A stretch of DNA of 63,231 nucleotides, filler included, from Klebsormidium nitens (lineage: Eukaryota; Plantae; Klebsormidiophyceae), in NCBI GenBank assembly GCA_000708835.1. It is 4 parts of 4 records of this genome, joined end to end, with 100 filler letters (N's around TTAATTAATTAA, not from the genome) between each part and the next. Parts side by side here need not be neighbours in the genome. Positions count along the whole stretch, not along the records: positions 1 to 26,136 come from DF237840.1; 3 more parts are not named here. One strand, given 5' to 3'. Positions 11,714 through 23,300 of the stretch are shown here, in pieces. The translations under genes and the position numbers were made by a program. Below the pieces are notes generated by a model. The model had not been told where the DNA came from, searched no databases, and saw only the letters and a program-made list of their open reading frames with translations. Numbering within the stretch: the stretch's first letter is position 1; each line of letters begins with the position of its first letter.

Positions 11714-13800
11714 GCGCTGTTTTTCAACTTTGAAATGAAGATGAGGTGTCGCAAATGCGGCAAAATGCGAGACATCGATGGCATTGTGCAGGCAGCCTAC
11801 GGATGCAAGGAGCTCCATAGAACAGCAAAAGTTCGTGAAAGTAGCCTTTACATGGCATGAGGCAGTCACGGGGAAATGCGGAAAAGAGTGTAGATAGTCA
11901 ATTTGTGCAGAGGTTAGCACGTACAGTGGATTCGAGAGCCAGTTCACAAGCTACAAAAAGCTTGTGCGTGGAGAGAAAACTGTGGGACTTTATGGTAAGC
12001 CTCTAGTGGTCGTTGGAATCGAAGGAGTGAAGCTAGACTTTATTACCTCAGGTGGTGTGGGTACGGTATCTTTGACGATTCGGCCCCGCTTTGAAGGCAA
12101 TGCGAATTTGTTTGTTGTAACCAATGGCACCCAACACGGAAGCACAATTTGTGCTTGAGAAGAACCGCGCAAATTGAGTCCGGAGGCGTGGTTTGCATGA
12201 CGGTCATTAAGCGAGGAGGACCGTGGAAGATATATGTCACACGTGAGGAAGCATGGAGCGTTCTCTGAAAGGAATACCGGATTGTTGCCACGGCTTGAAC
12301 GAGGTCAGTGAAAGCGAAAAGCGTGGTAAACTTGGTCGATGGAGGTCCTGGAATCGACCTCGTGGAGTCGGACGAAGGGGAGAGAAACGTCAAACAGAGA
12401 GCCGGGTATCTTTCTGGCGGCCGACGAGAGACGGTGCACGGGTTCAAAAGAGGTCGATTGCATGGGCGAAGTTTGAAATAGTGCGCTCGCGATCAGTCGT
12501 AGCCGGTTTGCGGCACCATCTCAAGAGAAAGCCAAAGTGGGCCGTTTGCATAAACGGTGTGCTATGGTGCGCGGAGCTGCGAAGGAGTTGGAGGACATTG
12601 GAGACGAACATGAAGCCCACCGGGCGGCGCATAGCAACTCCGTTAGTGAGAAACGTGTAACAAAAAGCTCGTGGAGCTCCAGAAGAAATGGCGAATTCCT
12701 GGTCGGGAGCCTGCCAAATGGTGTTGACTAGTAGTGGAAGCGGCAGCAGAAGCCGTGGCAAAAGACGTTGCCAGCACTGAAGAGCGATGCACCATATACT
12801 ATTGGGAGTACGAGGATGGCAAGTGAAGGCGTGCGGAGGTCGCCAAAGGCGAAATAGAGATAGCTTGCAAGAGAAGCGTGATGAGCTAGTGATTCGTTTG
12901 GATGGGAGTAATAGTGTTCGATGATTGCGTAATCAGCCAAATTACTTTGTGTCTTGTCTTGCAGTACACGTACTGTCGCTTCAGCAACGCCTCGGCAACT
13001 CTCGTCTTCGAACTGCACCATGGTAAGCTTTCCAGCAAACAATCTAAGCTGGCTACCGAAATAAGCACTCCGGTTGTTCATGGAATGATGCACACTTAAT
13101 GCACCGCCAAACTTGCCTTACCGCATACCATAGAGAAATAATACAATTGCTCAAGGAACTTCCGTTTTGGCACACCTGGACCATCTTGTAGGGCTGGCCG
13201 CTTGTAGTCACGTTTCTGCAATCTACACCTTAAGTTTGATCTCAGCAATCTATCAAATGTATGGTTCATGTGCAGCCGTTTTTGATCAAGTCACAACTCT
13301 ATCATCGACGGCTAAAATCATATGCGTACGCGCTTGAGCACAATGCACTACAGCAAACGAGCCTCTACGGCGTGACAGAGTAAAGTTCGAACTGCGATAG
13401 GGGTTGCACTAGTGAGCGCCGGCGACGGTGCGTGCACGGCGGTTCGACGGTCAAAGTGTTAGGCGGTTTGAAGGTTAGGAGGTTGAAAGGACTGCCGATT
13501 AATGCATAAATGAGGATATCAATACTATTAAGGGAGTGTAAGTGATTCTGTGATTTTGGAGGCTGGATGACTCGCCTAGTCGGCTAGTGAGCCCAGTAAA
13601 TTGAAGAGATTTCTCAGAGACAGTGGTGATAAGACACACCGGCCATTGACATCTATCTTACAAGAAAAGTGTGAAAAGAGAAAGATTTATCGCTTCTGAG
13701 GCGCTTCGTGCAAAATCCTCTTGGGATGCATGGCTGCCATCAACGCATTCGACAATGATAAGCACGAGTGCCGGACAACCAAAATAAGTCCCTATGGGAC
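11714..13800 (-). mobile_element. Ty3/Gypsy-like gag-protease relic with adjacent LTR-like sequence
   Basis: Minus-strand fragments: gag-like 12728-13093, KHKLCFRVG knuckle-like, and ATFTNFC protease-like. About 13390-13760 shares blocks with the solo LTR at 164-664 (CTAGTGAGCGCCGGCG; GATGCATGGCTG). Boundaries approximate. Confidence 0.5.
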
Positions 13801-14492
13801 AAATCTAGGTTGGGCCTTACAACAGGGTTCTGAGACTTTTGAATCAATGGCAATTGTGCCATGGACGATGTTCAATGGCGGCAGTGCAAATCAAATTAAG
13901 CGGTTACAGTTGCTCACTGAGACGCTAGCGTAATCAACGTCTCAAATCTCACGTCAATCTAGTTAGTAACACAATAGGTACACTGCAGACCGATGACACC
14001 GTCATCAATTTGAAGCGACTGTAGCTTCATGCGACCATTTTAACGAAATGGTCACTGAATTTCGGTCACTGAATATAGCTATATAGAGCGGCAATCCTTG
14101 ATGTGGTCATCGGTTTCAACACGCGTCTTGCAATGCAACAATGCAAGAAAGGTGGCTAGGCTAGGCCCCGGCTAGGCCGGGCTTCAAATTTGATCACGTC
14201 CATGGATTGACTGTTTTGTACTCTTCAGAGTTCTCAAGAGTGTCGTTCCCCCCCGTATCGGACCCGTATCGGGCCCGTATCGTCGTTCGTAGGTCGACTG
14301 AGTCTGCACATTTTGAAACCTTCATGATCGCGATCGAAACTTCACATTTGTCAAGATCTCAAAACGATCCTAAGACGCACTGAAAACTATTAGATACTGA
14401 GCACCTACGGTACTAGTCGAAAGAAGTGAAGGAAATGAAAAAGGGGTGAAGAAGAGCCGTGTAACTACGGTAGAACGGTAGATAAATAAATA

Positions 14493-14524
14493 CTGATCAA
14501 CTGATCAACTGATCAACTGATCAA
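14493..14524. repeat. (CTGATCAA)x4 tandem repeat
   Basis: Four exact 8-bp units. Confidence 0.9.
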
Positions 14525-15166
14525 GTAATAAAGTAAGCAACTATTGAACTATCAAGAAAGAAGTCTAGGAAATGAATTCAAGGGGATCCCACAGGCTCTA
14601 TGCCAGTTCGTTGACGGAGTTTCGTCACCGGGCGGCCAGCCGGCCAGATACAAATCACCTGGGCGGTCGGCTCTATCGCCCGGGCCCTGTAGGCTGTGAT
14701 TACATCCAAGTCAATGCCAACACACCGTACCGCTAGTCCGGTTGGGCGGAAATTCAAAAGCTGGAAAGGCCAAAATCTGCCGAATATCTTTTAAATCATA
14801 GAATGATCTGATTTCGAGGGGCAAAACGGGCCCAAAATAAGCAAAATAAGCTGAATTCTAGAGTTTGCCGAAAATTTCAAACAAGTGGATCGGAATTTGA
14901 CTTGCCCAAGCTGCGACGTGATACCTATATGAAATCAATCATTGGGCAAAGTTTCCCATCCGGATTAGGTACGGTACCAACCGGCGTGTGCCTTCGCTAC
15001 CACCCGGGGTCCCTTCCCGGCCAGCCAGGTCCGCCCCAGGCTGCCAGTTAAAACTTTTTGAAACCCTGCCCACTATGCCAAGTACATCATCTAGGTATGT
15101 AGTAAATTGTAATAGAAGTCTAGACTCTAGCGTCCACTTGATTGGTTTTATTTTGGCTGTGCCTGC

Positions 15167-18100
15167 ATGAGCCTTGAGCACTCGATTAGGGCCAGCTCTT
15201 CAAGTTCAACTCCAATGGCGCTTCATGCTGCGGCTTTCCAGCAGGTGGCGGCCACCATCCCTGGCGCGCCCCTCAGCCGGGCGCCCTCCTCCTCCCGGCA
15301 GCACTGCCCCTCTTCCCTCTTTGACAAGCTGCTGGAGCGCCCCTTTGCGGGGGCGCTGTTGCCGGCCCCCTATGCCCCCTGGCCCAGTGCTGCACCCGGC
15401 GGCCCTCGCTGGGTGCCTGCAGCGGTGGTGTGTGCCGCGGCGGCCGCAGCGGGGCCCTCCGCGGCAGCGGTGGCGGCGGTGTCTCCGGCCGCCAGCCTGG
15501 CGCAGGGCCAGCTGCAGAGCCAGTGAGCACCACGCACAACATGCCCTCAGGATGCTTCTGCTGACTGCGGCATGGCGCTGGCAGCCACTGGCCGGCAACC
15601 ATTCACTGTCCGTCAATAAGTGCTGCGCCGTACGTTTATACCATTGGAATTCCCGGTTGTGCAGGATCAAACGCCACACTGTGAGCGTGTTTGTTGCGGA
15701 CGAGAGCGGAATGATCAACCGCGTGGCGGGCGTGTTTGCGCGGCGCGGCTACAACATTGAGTCGCTGGCTGTGGGCCTCAATGCGGACAAGGCGCTCTTC
15801 ACCATCTCCGTGTCCGGTACCGACTGCGTCCTGCAGCAGGTCATGAAGCAGCTCTACAAGCTCGTCAACGTGCGCAAGGTCAGCACCCGCGCCGCCTCCC
15901 CTCCTTCTTTGCGTGCCCCGGGCACCCTGCGACGGAGTGGCCACCTGGTGCACCAGTGCGGCCAGCCTGCCCTCACTAACGCGTGTGCGCCCCGTGCCTG
16001 GCTGCAGGTGGAGGACCTGTCGCTGGCGCGCCGCGTGGAGCGCGAGCTCATGCTGCTCAAGCTCAACGTCACCCCCGCCTCCTGGACTGAGGTCAGCCCG
16101 CTGCTGGAGCCCCACTGCTGTGCCCCCTCCCGTCGAGAGCACCTTTGCAATTGGCGGGCCCCTGTGACTGGTTTGTCACGCGCCCCATCTGGCGAACAAA
16201 GTGATTGGGCTCGGTGGTGGTGTGTGCAGATCATCCAGCTGTGCGAGATCTTCCGCGCCAAGGTGGTGGACGTGGCCGACACGTCGCTGACCATTGAGAT
16301 CACGGGGGACCCCGGCAAGATGGTCGCCTTCCAGAACCGCATGGCACGCTACGGGATCAAGCAGCTCGCGCGTACCGGCAAGGTCCGCCCGCCCGCCCTC
16401 GTGCCTGCAGGCGCACATCCCCCACTGCCAGCCTGCCTTGTCGCAGCAACAGGATATTGCAGTTATAGTGCCAGGTGCACCCATCGTGTGCGTGACCTTT
16501 TATCGTGCCCCCTGTCCTGAGAGGTCCTCTGATGGTTGCAGATTGCGCTGCGGCGTGAGCGCGGGTCGGATGCGAGCGCAGTGACGGACGTGGAGGCGGA
16601 GGTCAGCCCCGCACCCACCGCGCAGGAGGGGCCCGTCAAGCCGGAGCTGGACGATATCGCAGCGGCCAGCCCGGGGCTTGAGGTGAGGCGCCGGCTCAAC
16701 GGGAGGGCAGAGAAAGGGCCACATGCGTGTTGGTAAAAGGTATTGTGTCAAGTGGTTTTGTGTCAGCCAACTAGGTGAACTGCTGTCGGGTCAGAGATGC
16801 TCTTCAAGGAGGGGGGCGTATTTCGTGCTGAGTGGAGGTGTGACGCGTGGCGTGGTGCGCGCAGGGCGACGTGTACAGCCTTGACGCGGACAGCATTGGC
16901 GTGTGGGACTGGAAGATCACGGAGGAAGAGGACGACCTGGCCGGCACCGGCCTGCGCGCGCACACGCTCAGCCTGCTCGTCGACGACTCTCCCGGCGTGC
17001 TCAACCGCGTCACCGGAGTCATTGCCCGCCGCGGCTACAACATCCAGGCAAGGGCCGCCGGCACAATGCAAGCATGTTCTGGCAGGATACGCACCTTGTG
17101 TTTCTGACCGTGCACTTTGCGGATGCCCGCCGCATGGCCGCGTTGTGAGGCTTCCCTTTTGGGCGTGTGTGCAGAGCCTGGCGGTGGGCCCCGCAGAGAC
17201 GGCGGGCATCAGCCGCATCACGACGGTCATCCCGGGCACGGACGCGTCCATCCAGAAGCTGCTCAAGCAGCTCTACAAGCTCATCGACGTTGCTGAGGTC
17301 AGCCGCAATGCTGAGGCGCTCTTGCTCCGACGTTTTGTGTGGGCTTGCTCTTCCCAATTGCTTGTCTTTGTATGGCAGCATCTGCCGGCCCCGACACTCC
17401 TGGGTTGTTGCAAGTGAGATGCAGACATTCCGGTCAGTTGGGCGAGCATAGACGTGAGGCTTGTGAACCAGCCTCGCTCCGTCTCGTTATGTCCCCTCAG
17501 TATACTGTCCCTTGCCAGCGCCCTCGCTCCCTGCCTCCACGCTTGCCCCAAGGTGTCCTCGTACTTTGCTGCCCGCCTCCCCTCGCTGCGCCCGCGCTCA
17601 CTCTCGTCTTCCTCGCCCCGCCTCCCCTCCTGCGCGCTGACCCGCTGCTGCTGCCCCGCAGGTGGTGGACCTGTCGCACGTGCCCTTCTGCCAGCGCGAG
17701 GTGGCGCTCATCAAGGTGGCTGCGGGCCCGTCCGACCGCCGCGCCTGCATCGACATCGCCGGCATCTTCCGCGCCAAGATCGTGGACACCTCCCCCACCT
17801 CCATCACACTCGAGGTAAGCGCCGCGTGCGAACTGCCCACCTTGCCGCTCCATCATGTCATGCTTCGCGACTCGACCTGTGCTCCTTGCCGCACTTGATG
17901 CCTCTGTGCACCGCTGCTGGAGCGCGCCCTGACGGGGCCGCTGTGGCGTGTGTGGTGTGTGCAGGTGACGGGCGACCTGGAGAAGATCGCGGCCGTCCAG
18001 CGGCTGCTCGAGCCATTCGGCATCATGGAGGTGAGCCGCGCCCCTGTGGGCAGCCGCGCCACACCCCGGCCGCGAGCAGCGGGGTGGGGCGGGGGGGAGT

Positions 18101-18314
18101 GCTCGCTACCTAGCTGCAGGCGGCTGGAGTGCATGCACGCAGGGCCGCAGTGGACGGCAGCGTCCTGTGCTCTGACTTGGTGTGAGGTGCTGAGTCTGGC
18201 AGGCTGTGTGCGCAGGTGGCGCGCACGGGGCGGGTGGCTCTGGTGCGCGACTCCGGGGTGGACACGCGGTACCTGGAGGGACAGATTCAGCCACGACCAT
18301 TCGGGATGGTCTAA
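15167..18314 (+). CDS. AHASS: Acetolactate synthase (AHAS) small regulatory subunit, plant type with two ACT modules and a probable plastid transit peptide; multi-exon
   Basis: Ser/Ala-rich N-terminal exon 15167-15522. [36 protein letters not shown], then a second copy [35 protein letters not shown]-terminus [23 protein letters not shown] at 18312-18314. GT-AG introns join in frame where checked. Confidence 0.93.
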
Positions 18315-19334
18315 ACGGAGCGTGCTGGCAACTCGGAAGAAAGACACAGATGAAACTGTCGTGCATCTGGAGTCGAACCTGAAACCCGTTATCTTCGCAA
18401 GTCAATTTCTAGCTTTGTGTTTCGTTCTTTGAACCAGATCAAGCTCACGAGGCAAGTTGGCATGGCTTGAGTGACTTGTTGCTGGAAGTTTCTTGAGGCT
18501 TTGACTCATGTGGCATATGGGTCGGTGTTTGACAAACGAGCCGGTGTTTGACCACTACTCCAAGTAGACAATTACGACGACTTGTACGTTTGCTTAATTT
18601 CATGGAATGCTGCATATGCTTTCAGTAGCGACTTTTCAAAAGGTTCGAAGCGTTCCCAATCAGTGGATATGGAACTTAGGCCGCCTTTTCTCAAAACCCT
18701 TCCAAGAACAATTTTGTGGCAACAACCGGAATTAACTCCGTGCAACAGATGGGCCGGATGGAGAAGTCGGCACGCAACGTACATATCAATGAAGCGATCT
18801 ACCACATCACTAGACGATGCACTGTGTGTATGGGGGTTCCAAGCACTTCAAACACATGCATGTCACGGCCGCATTGACATTGACCATCGAATATGGCGCT
18901 TCTTCGAGTTGAAGCTATGCTTGGATCCTATTGACTCAAAAATGAATGTTCCAGTTTCTCCTTGGGTGTCTCAACGAATGACCTCAATGCACCCTACTAA
19001 GTTCCAAACGTGTGCTTTGCCTTTCGTAGTGCTTTCAGAGTGCTCCATGCACGCGCCTCGATCGGATGATCGGATGGTTGCAGTGCCCGTCTCTCGCAGT
19101 TCGGACCTAACACAATCCACTGACGGTTATCACTATGTTAGGCCGACAGTGTAGCATGATGAGTCGCTAGCACGGATTCCATTGAACCACGGGTACGCTG
19201 CTGCCCGAGCTAGCTTCGGATTATACCTATTACATTCTTAGCCCCGGCCTTGAGAATCGGTAGGGTAGCTTAGTAGGCGTTCGGTGACCTTAAAACATCA
19301 ACTCTCATATTACTTAGGATACCTCTGTGATGCA

Positions 19335-19465
19335 TGATGGTCTCTTTTCAAATACGGCGTAGCCAAATAGGCCATAGGCTTCTCATGGCACACAAATGTC
19401 TTGAAGTTCGTGAAAGCCGAGTGATGGTCTCTTTTCGTACTCGCCGTAGCCAAATAGGCCATAGG
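19335..19465. repeat. 44-bp direct repeat pair, 87-bp period
   Basis: TGATGGTCTCTTTTC...CGTAGCCAAATAGGCCATAGG at 19335-19378 and 19422-19465. Confidence 0.85.
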
Positions 19466-20356
19466 AATGGAAGCCGCAAAGCCGAGTGACATACGAGTCA
19501 CTCTGGAATCCTCGTCAACCGGAGGGATCACGCGGGGTCCGTACCGTCGGGACGGTGGGTACCCTTCCCAAGGTTCGAACTTTCGCAGGCCCCGATCGAA
19601 ATGTCACACGTGGCAGGCTGCGAATACGTACGGAAGGATTTGGTGTGTGATCGGACCGCTTTGGCTCTTCGCTAGCCCAAAGGTCAAGATCGAACGGTAT
19701 TGCTTAAAAATCTGAGACTGTCCTCGATCAGCGTTGCTAAACCTGGTCTTGCTGCCCTTTCAGCAGTTCTGGACAGATGCTCGTGGCGAAAGTAGGGACA
19801 ACGAAGGAGGCCGCCGCTTCTGACAAGGTCTTTCCCATGGTGCACGTGGGCCACACGCTGCAGCCCCGTGATTGGGCCAATCGGCCCCCTCGCCCCGATT
19901 CGCGGATTTGGCCTCACTTTTTGTGGAGTCTTGACTGCAGCAATGGCCAAGAGAGCCATCCATGATTCCATTCATCTTTCGTGTCACTGCGGACTGCTAG
20001 GAGAGACTTGGATGCTGTCGAGAGGCATGAGCACAGATCCTTGTGGCCGTGAGAGCGAAGACCAAAGTTGTTTGAGCTTGAATTGCCGGTCATTTGATCT
20101 ACCTAGTAGCCCCAGGAAAGCTTATTATTCAGTGCTCCTTCTGTGAACAATATAAGGTTGCAACATTGCAGCTGACGGTGGTGGAACTGTGATTGTTGAG
20201 GGCAGTGACGGTCGGCATTGCTTGCCAGGAGCAGAGATCTACAACAGATTGCACTGGTTTCGCACAGCATTGGCCACCTGCCTCTATCGGAGCAGCCCCC
20301 TGCTGCTGTGCAACCTTTTGTAGAGCCCCCCTGTGGCTCTCCCTCCCCCTGCCGCC

Positions 20357-23300
20357 ATGCCTGCCGCTGTGGTCAGCCTCCCGCCCCGCCCTGCGCCGCT
20401 GGGCAGCTCCCCCGTGCAGCCTGCAGATCTGATCCCCGCCCTCAAGGCTGCCGCACTGAATGGGCTTGCAGCAAATGGGCATACAACCAATGGGCACACG
20501 CACGAGGATGACTCAGATGAGGAGGCGGGATGGGCCGTGCCGCAGGACCGCGTGGCGGGCTACGGCGTGGACCAGAAGGACGTGGGCACCCCGGACGACT
20601 GGGTGGCGCGCCACCCCGAGCTGGTGCGCCTCACGGGGCGGCACCCATTCAACTGCGAGCCCCCGCTGCAGCGGCTGCGCGAGCACGGTTTCATGACCCC
20701 CGTCTCGCTGCACTACGTGCGCAACCACGGGGCCGTGCCAAAGGGGGAGTGGGACAGCTGGCGCATCGAGGTGTCGGGGCTGGTGGGGCGGCCGTGCAGC
20801 CTGAGCATGGCGGACCTCCTGGCGCTGCCGCGGCGCACGCTGCCGGTGACCATGGTGTGCGCGGGGAACCGGCGCAAGGAGGAGAACATGGTCAAGCAGA
20901 CCATCGGCTTCAACTGGGGCGCCGCGGGGGTCAGCACAACGGTGTGGGGGGGGGTGCGCCTGTCCGACGTCCTCAAGCACGTCGGGGCGCACGGCAAGCA
21001 CGAGGGGGGCAACTATGTGTGCTTTGAGGGGGAGGAGACGCTGCCGGGCGGGGGGGGCAGCAAGTACGGGACGAGCTTGACTATGGAGGTGGCGGCGGAC
21101 CCTGCGTGTGACGTGTTGCTGGCGTTCGAGCAGAACGGGGAGCGGCTGGAGCCGGACCATGGCTTCCCGGTGCGCACCATCATCCCCGGGTACATCGGGG
21201 GGCGCACCGTCAAGTGGCTGCGCAAGATCGAGGTGACTGCGGGGGAGAGCCAGAACTACTACCACTTCAACGACAACCGTGTGCTGCCCAGCCAGGTGGA
21301 TGCAGAGCGCGCCAACAGGGAAGGTGAGCTGCCGCCCTGGCCTGCGCAGGGGGGCGCTTGTGGACCCCCAAGGGCCTCCTCATTGAGGCAGGCGCGGGGG
21401 CCCAAAGTTGCATCTGGGATAGCAGGGGGTTCTTGCGGGAGAAGGCCTGTAGCCTGCCTGTAGATCACTGCCTATGCTGACGCGCTCTTTGCTCCAGAGC
21501 CCTCCCCCCCGGTGTTGATCCTTGCTGGATGTCGTCTGAGAGCGGTGGGGCGTGTGTGCGTGCAGGCTGGTGGTACAAGCCGGACTTCATCATCAACGAG
21601 CTCAATGTGCAGTCGGCCATCTGGTCCCCCGCCCACGGGGAGGTCCTCTCCATCGCCAACGCCCCCGCCAAGTACACAATCAGCGGCTACGCCTACTCAG
21701 GTACGCCTGCCCGTTTTGGTGTACGCTTCCCCATCTCCTGCTCAATCTGGCCAACGGGGCTGCTGGGTAGCGCTTGCTGACGTGCTCTGTAGAACTCTCA
21801 TTAACCCCCGATTGCAGGGTGATCTCACAGCGTGCGCCTGGGTGGCTGCAGGTGGGGGCCGCAAGATCATCCGCGTGGAAGTTTCGGTGAACGGCGGGGA
21901 GAGCTGGGAAATGGCAGAGCTGGCGCACGGGGCGCCCCCCACCGAGTATGGCAAGCACTGGGCGTGGTGCCTGTGGCAGCTGGAGGTGGACGTCATGGCG
22001 CTGTTCACCACCAAGGAGATGGCCGTGCGCGCCTGGGACTCCAGCATGAACACGCAGCCGGACAAGATCGCCTGGAACGTCATGGTGAGCAACTGGCACG
22101 GGCCGGGAACTGCTGGGGCTGCTCCGAGGAAGCTACATGCTGTGCTAGAGTCTGGTAGAAAGAAAGTCTCTGGTTGCATTGACACTTAGGAAGTTCCCCT
22201 TTCTACTTCGAAGGGCTGGCGCCACAAAGGCTTCCCCTTCAGATTTTTCATGTTGGTTCAGAGTTGTACGCATTTCAGATGCAACAGCATTGGCCCAGTT
22301 GCACAGATTTAACCAAGTTATTGGGCAGCTTGATGTTGTCATCAGGCTCTGATGTTGTCACTCGTTGCCCGCTCGTTGACGCCCCAGCAAGAGCTCTGAT
22401 GAGGGTTGCAAACTTTTTTATTGGTCTTTGCCCACTCTTGCTTTGAGATTCGGATCCTCTCCTCGCTGCTCGTTTCTGCGTGTTCTGACGCGCTCGTGCG
22501 CCTGCTATGTTGCAATGCAGGGCATGATGAACAACTGCTGGTTCCGCGTACGCATCCATCCATGCCGCACGCGCGAGGGGGGCATCGGGCTCACATTCGA
22601 GCACCCGACGCGGCCGGGCAACGAGAAGGGCGGCTGGATGGTCAAGGAGAAGGAGGAGGCAGACGCGGCCGCAGCGGCAGCCGTCCCCGCTGCGCCGACA
22701 ATGAAGCGCAGCGTGTCGCAGCCGCGCATGGCGGCCGTGCAGCGCAGCATCCCGCTGAGCGAGGTGAAGAAGCACGACAGCGAGAAGGATGCGTGGATCG
22801 TGGTGCACAGCAAGGTGTACGACGCCACGCGCTTCCTGGACGACCACCCGGGGGGCGGCGAGAGCATCCTTATCAACGCGGGGACCGACTGCACGGAAGA
22901 GTTCGAGGCAATTCACAGGTGAGTGGGGAAGGGGCCTTAATGGTCTCCGGCAGCACCGATCTACTTGTGCCTTTGAATTGAGGACTGTGTTGCCTGATCA
23001 GATGGGAACCACGTTGGGTGAAGAGATTTGGACCCGTCTTCAATTGTGATGACTCTCAAGCACAGTGCGCATTGATGTGGCTATGTACTCGCAGTTTCGT
23101 GTGCACTCACGTAAGGAGAGGGCCCACGCCAGTCAGACTTCGCTGGGAAGCTTGTCTCAGTGTTGGGATGCTGTGGGTCTCCCTCACCCCTTGGCTCGTG
23201 TCTTATTTGCTGCCCTGGTGTGTTGCTGAGAGGGGTGTGTGCGTGTGCTGCAGCGCCAAGGCCAAGGCGATGCTGGAAGATTACTACATCGGTGAGCTGG

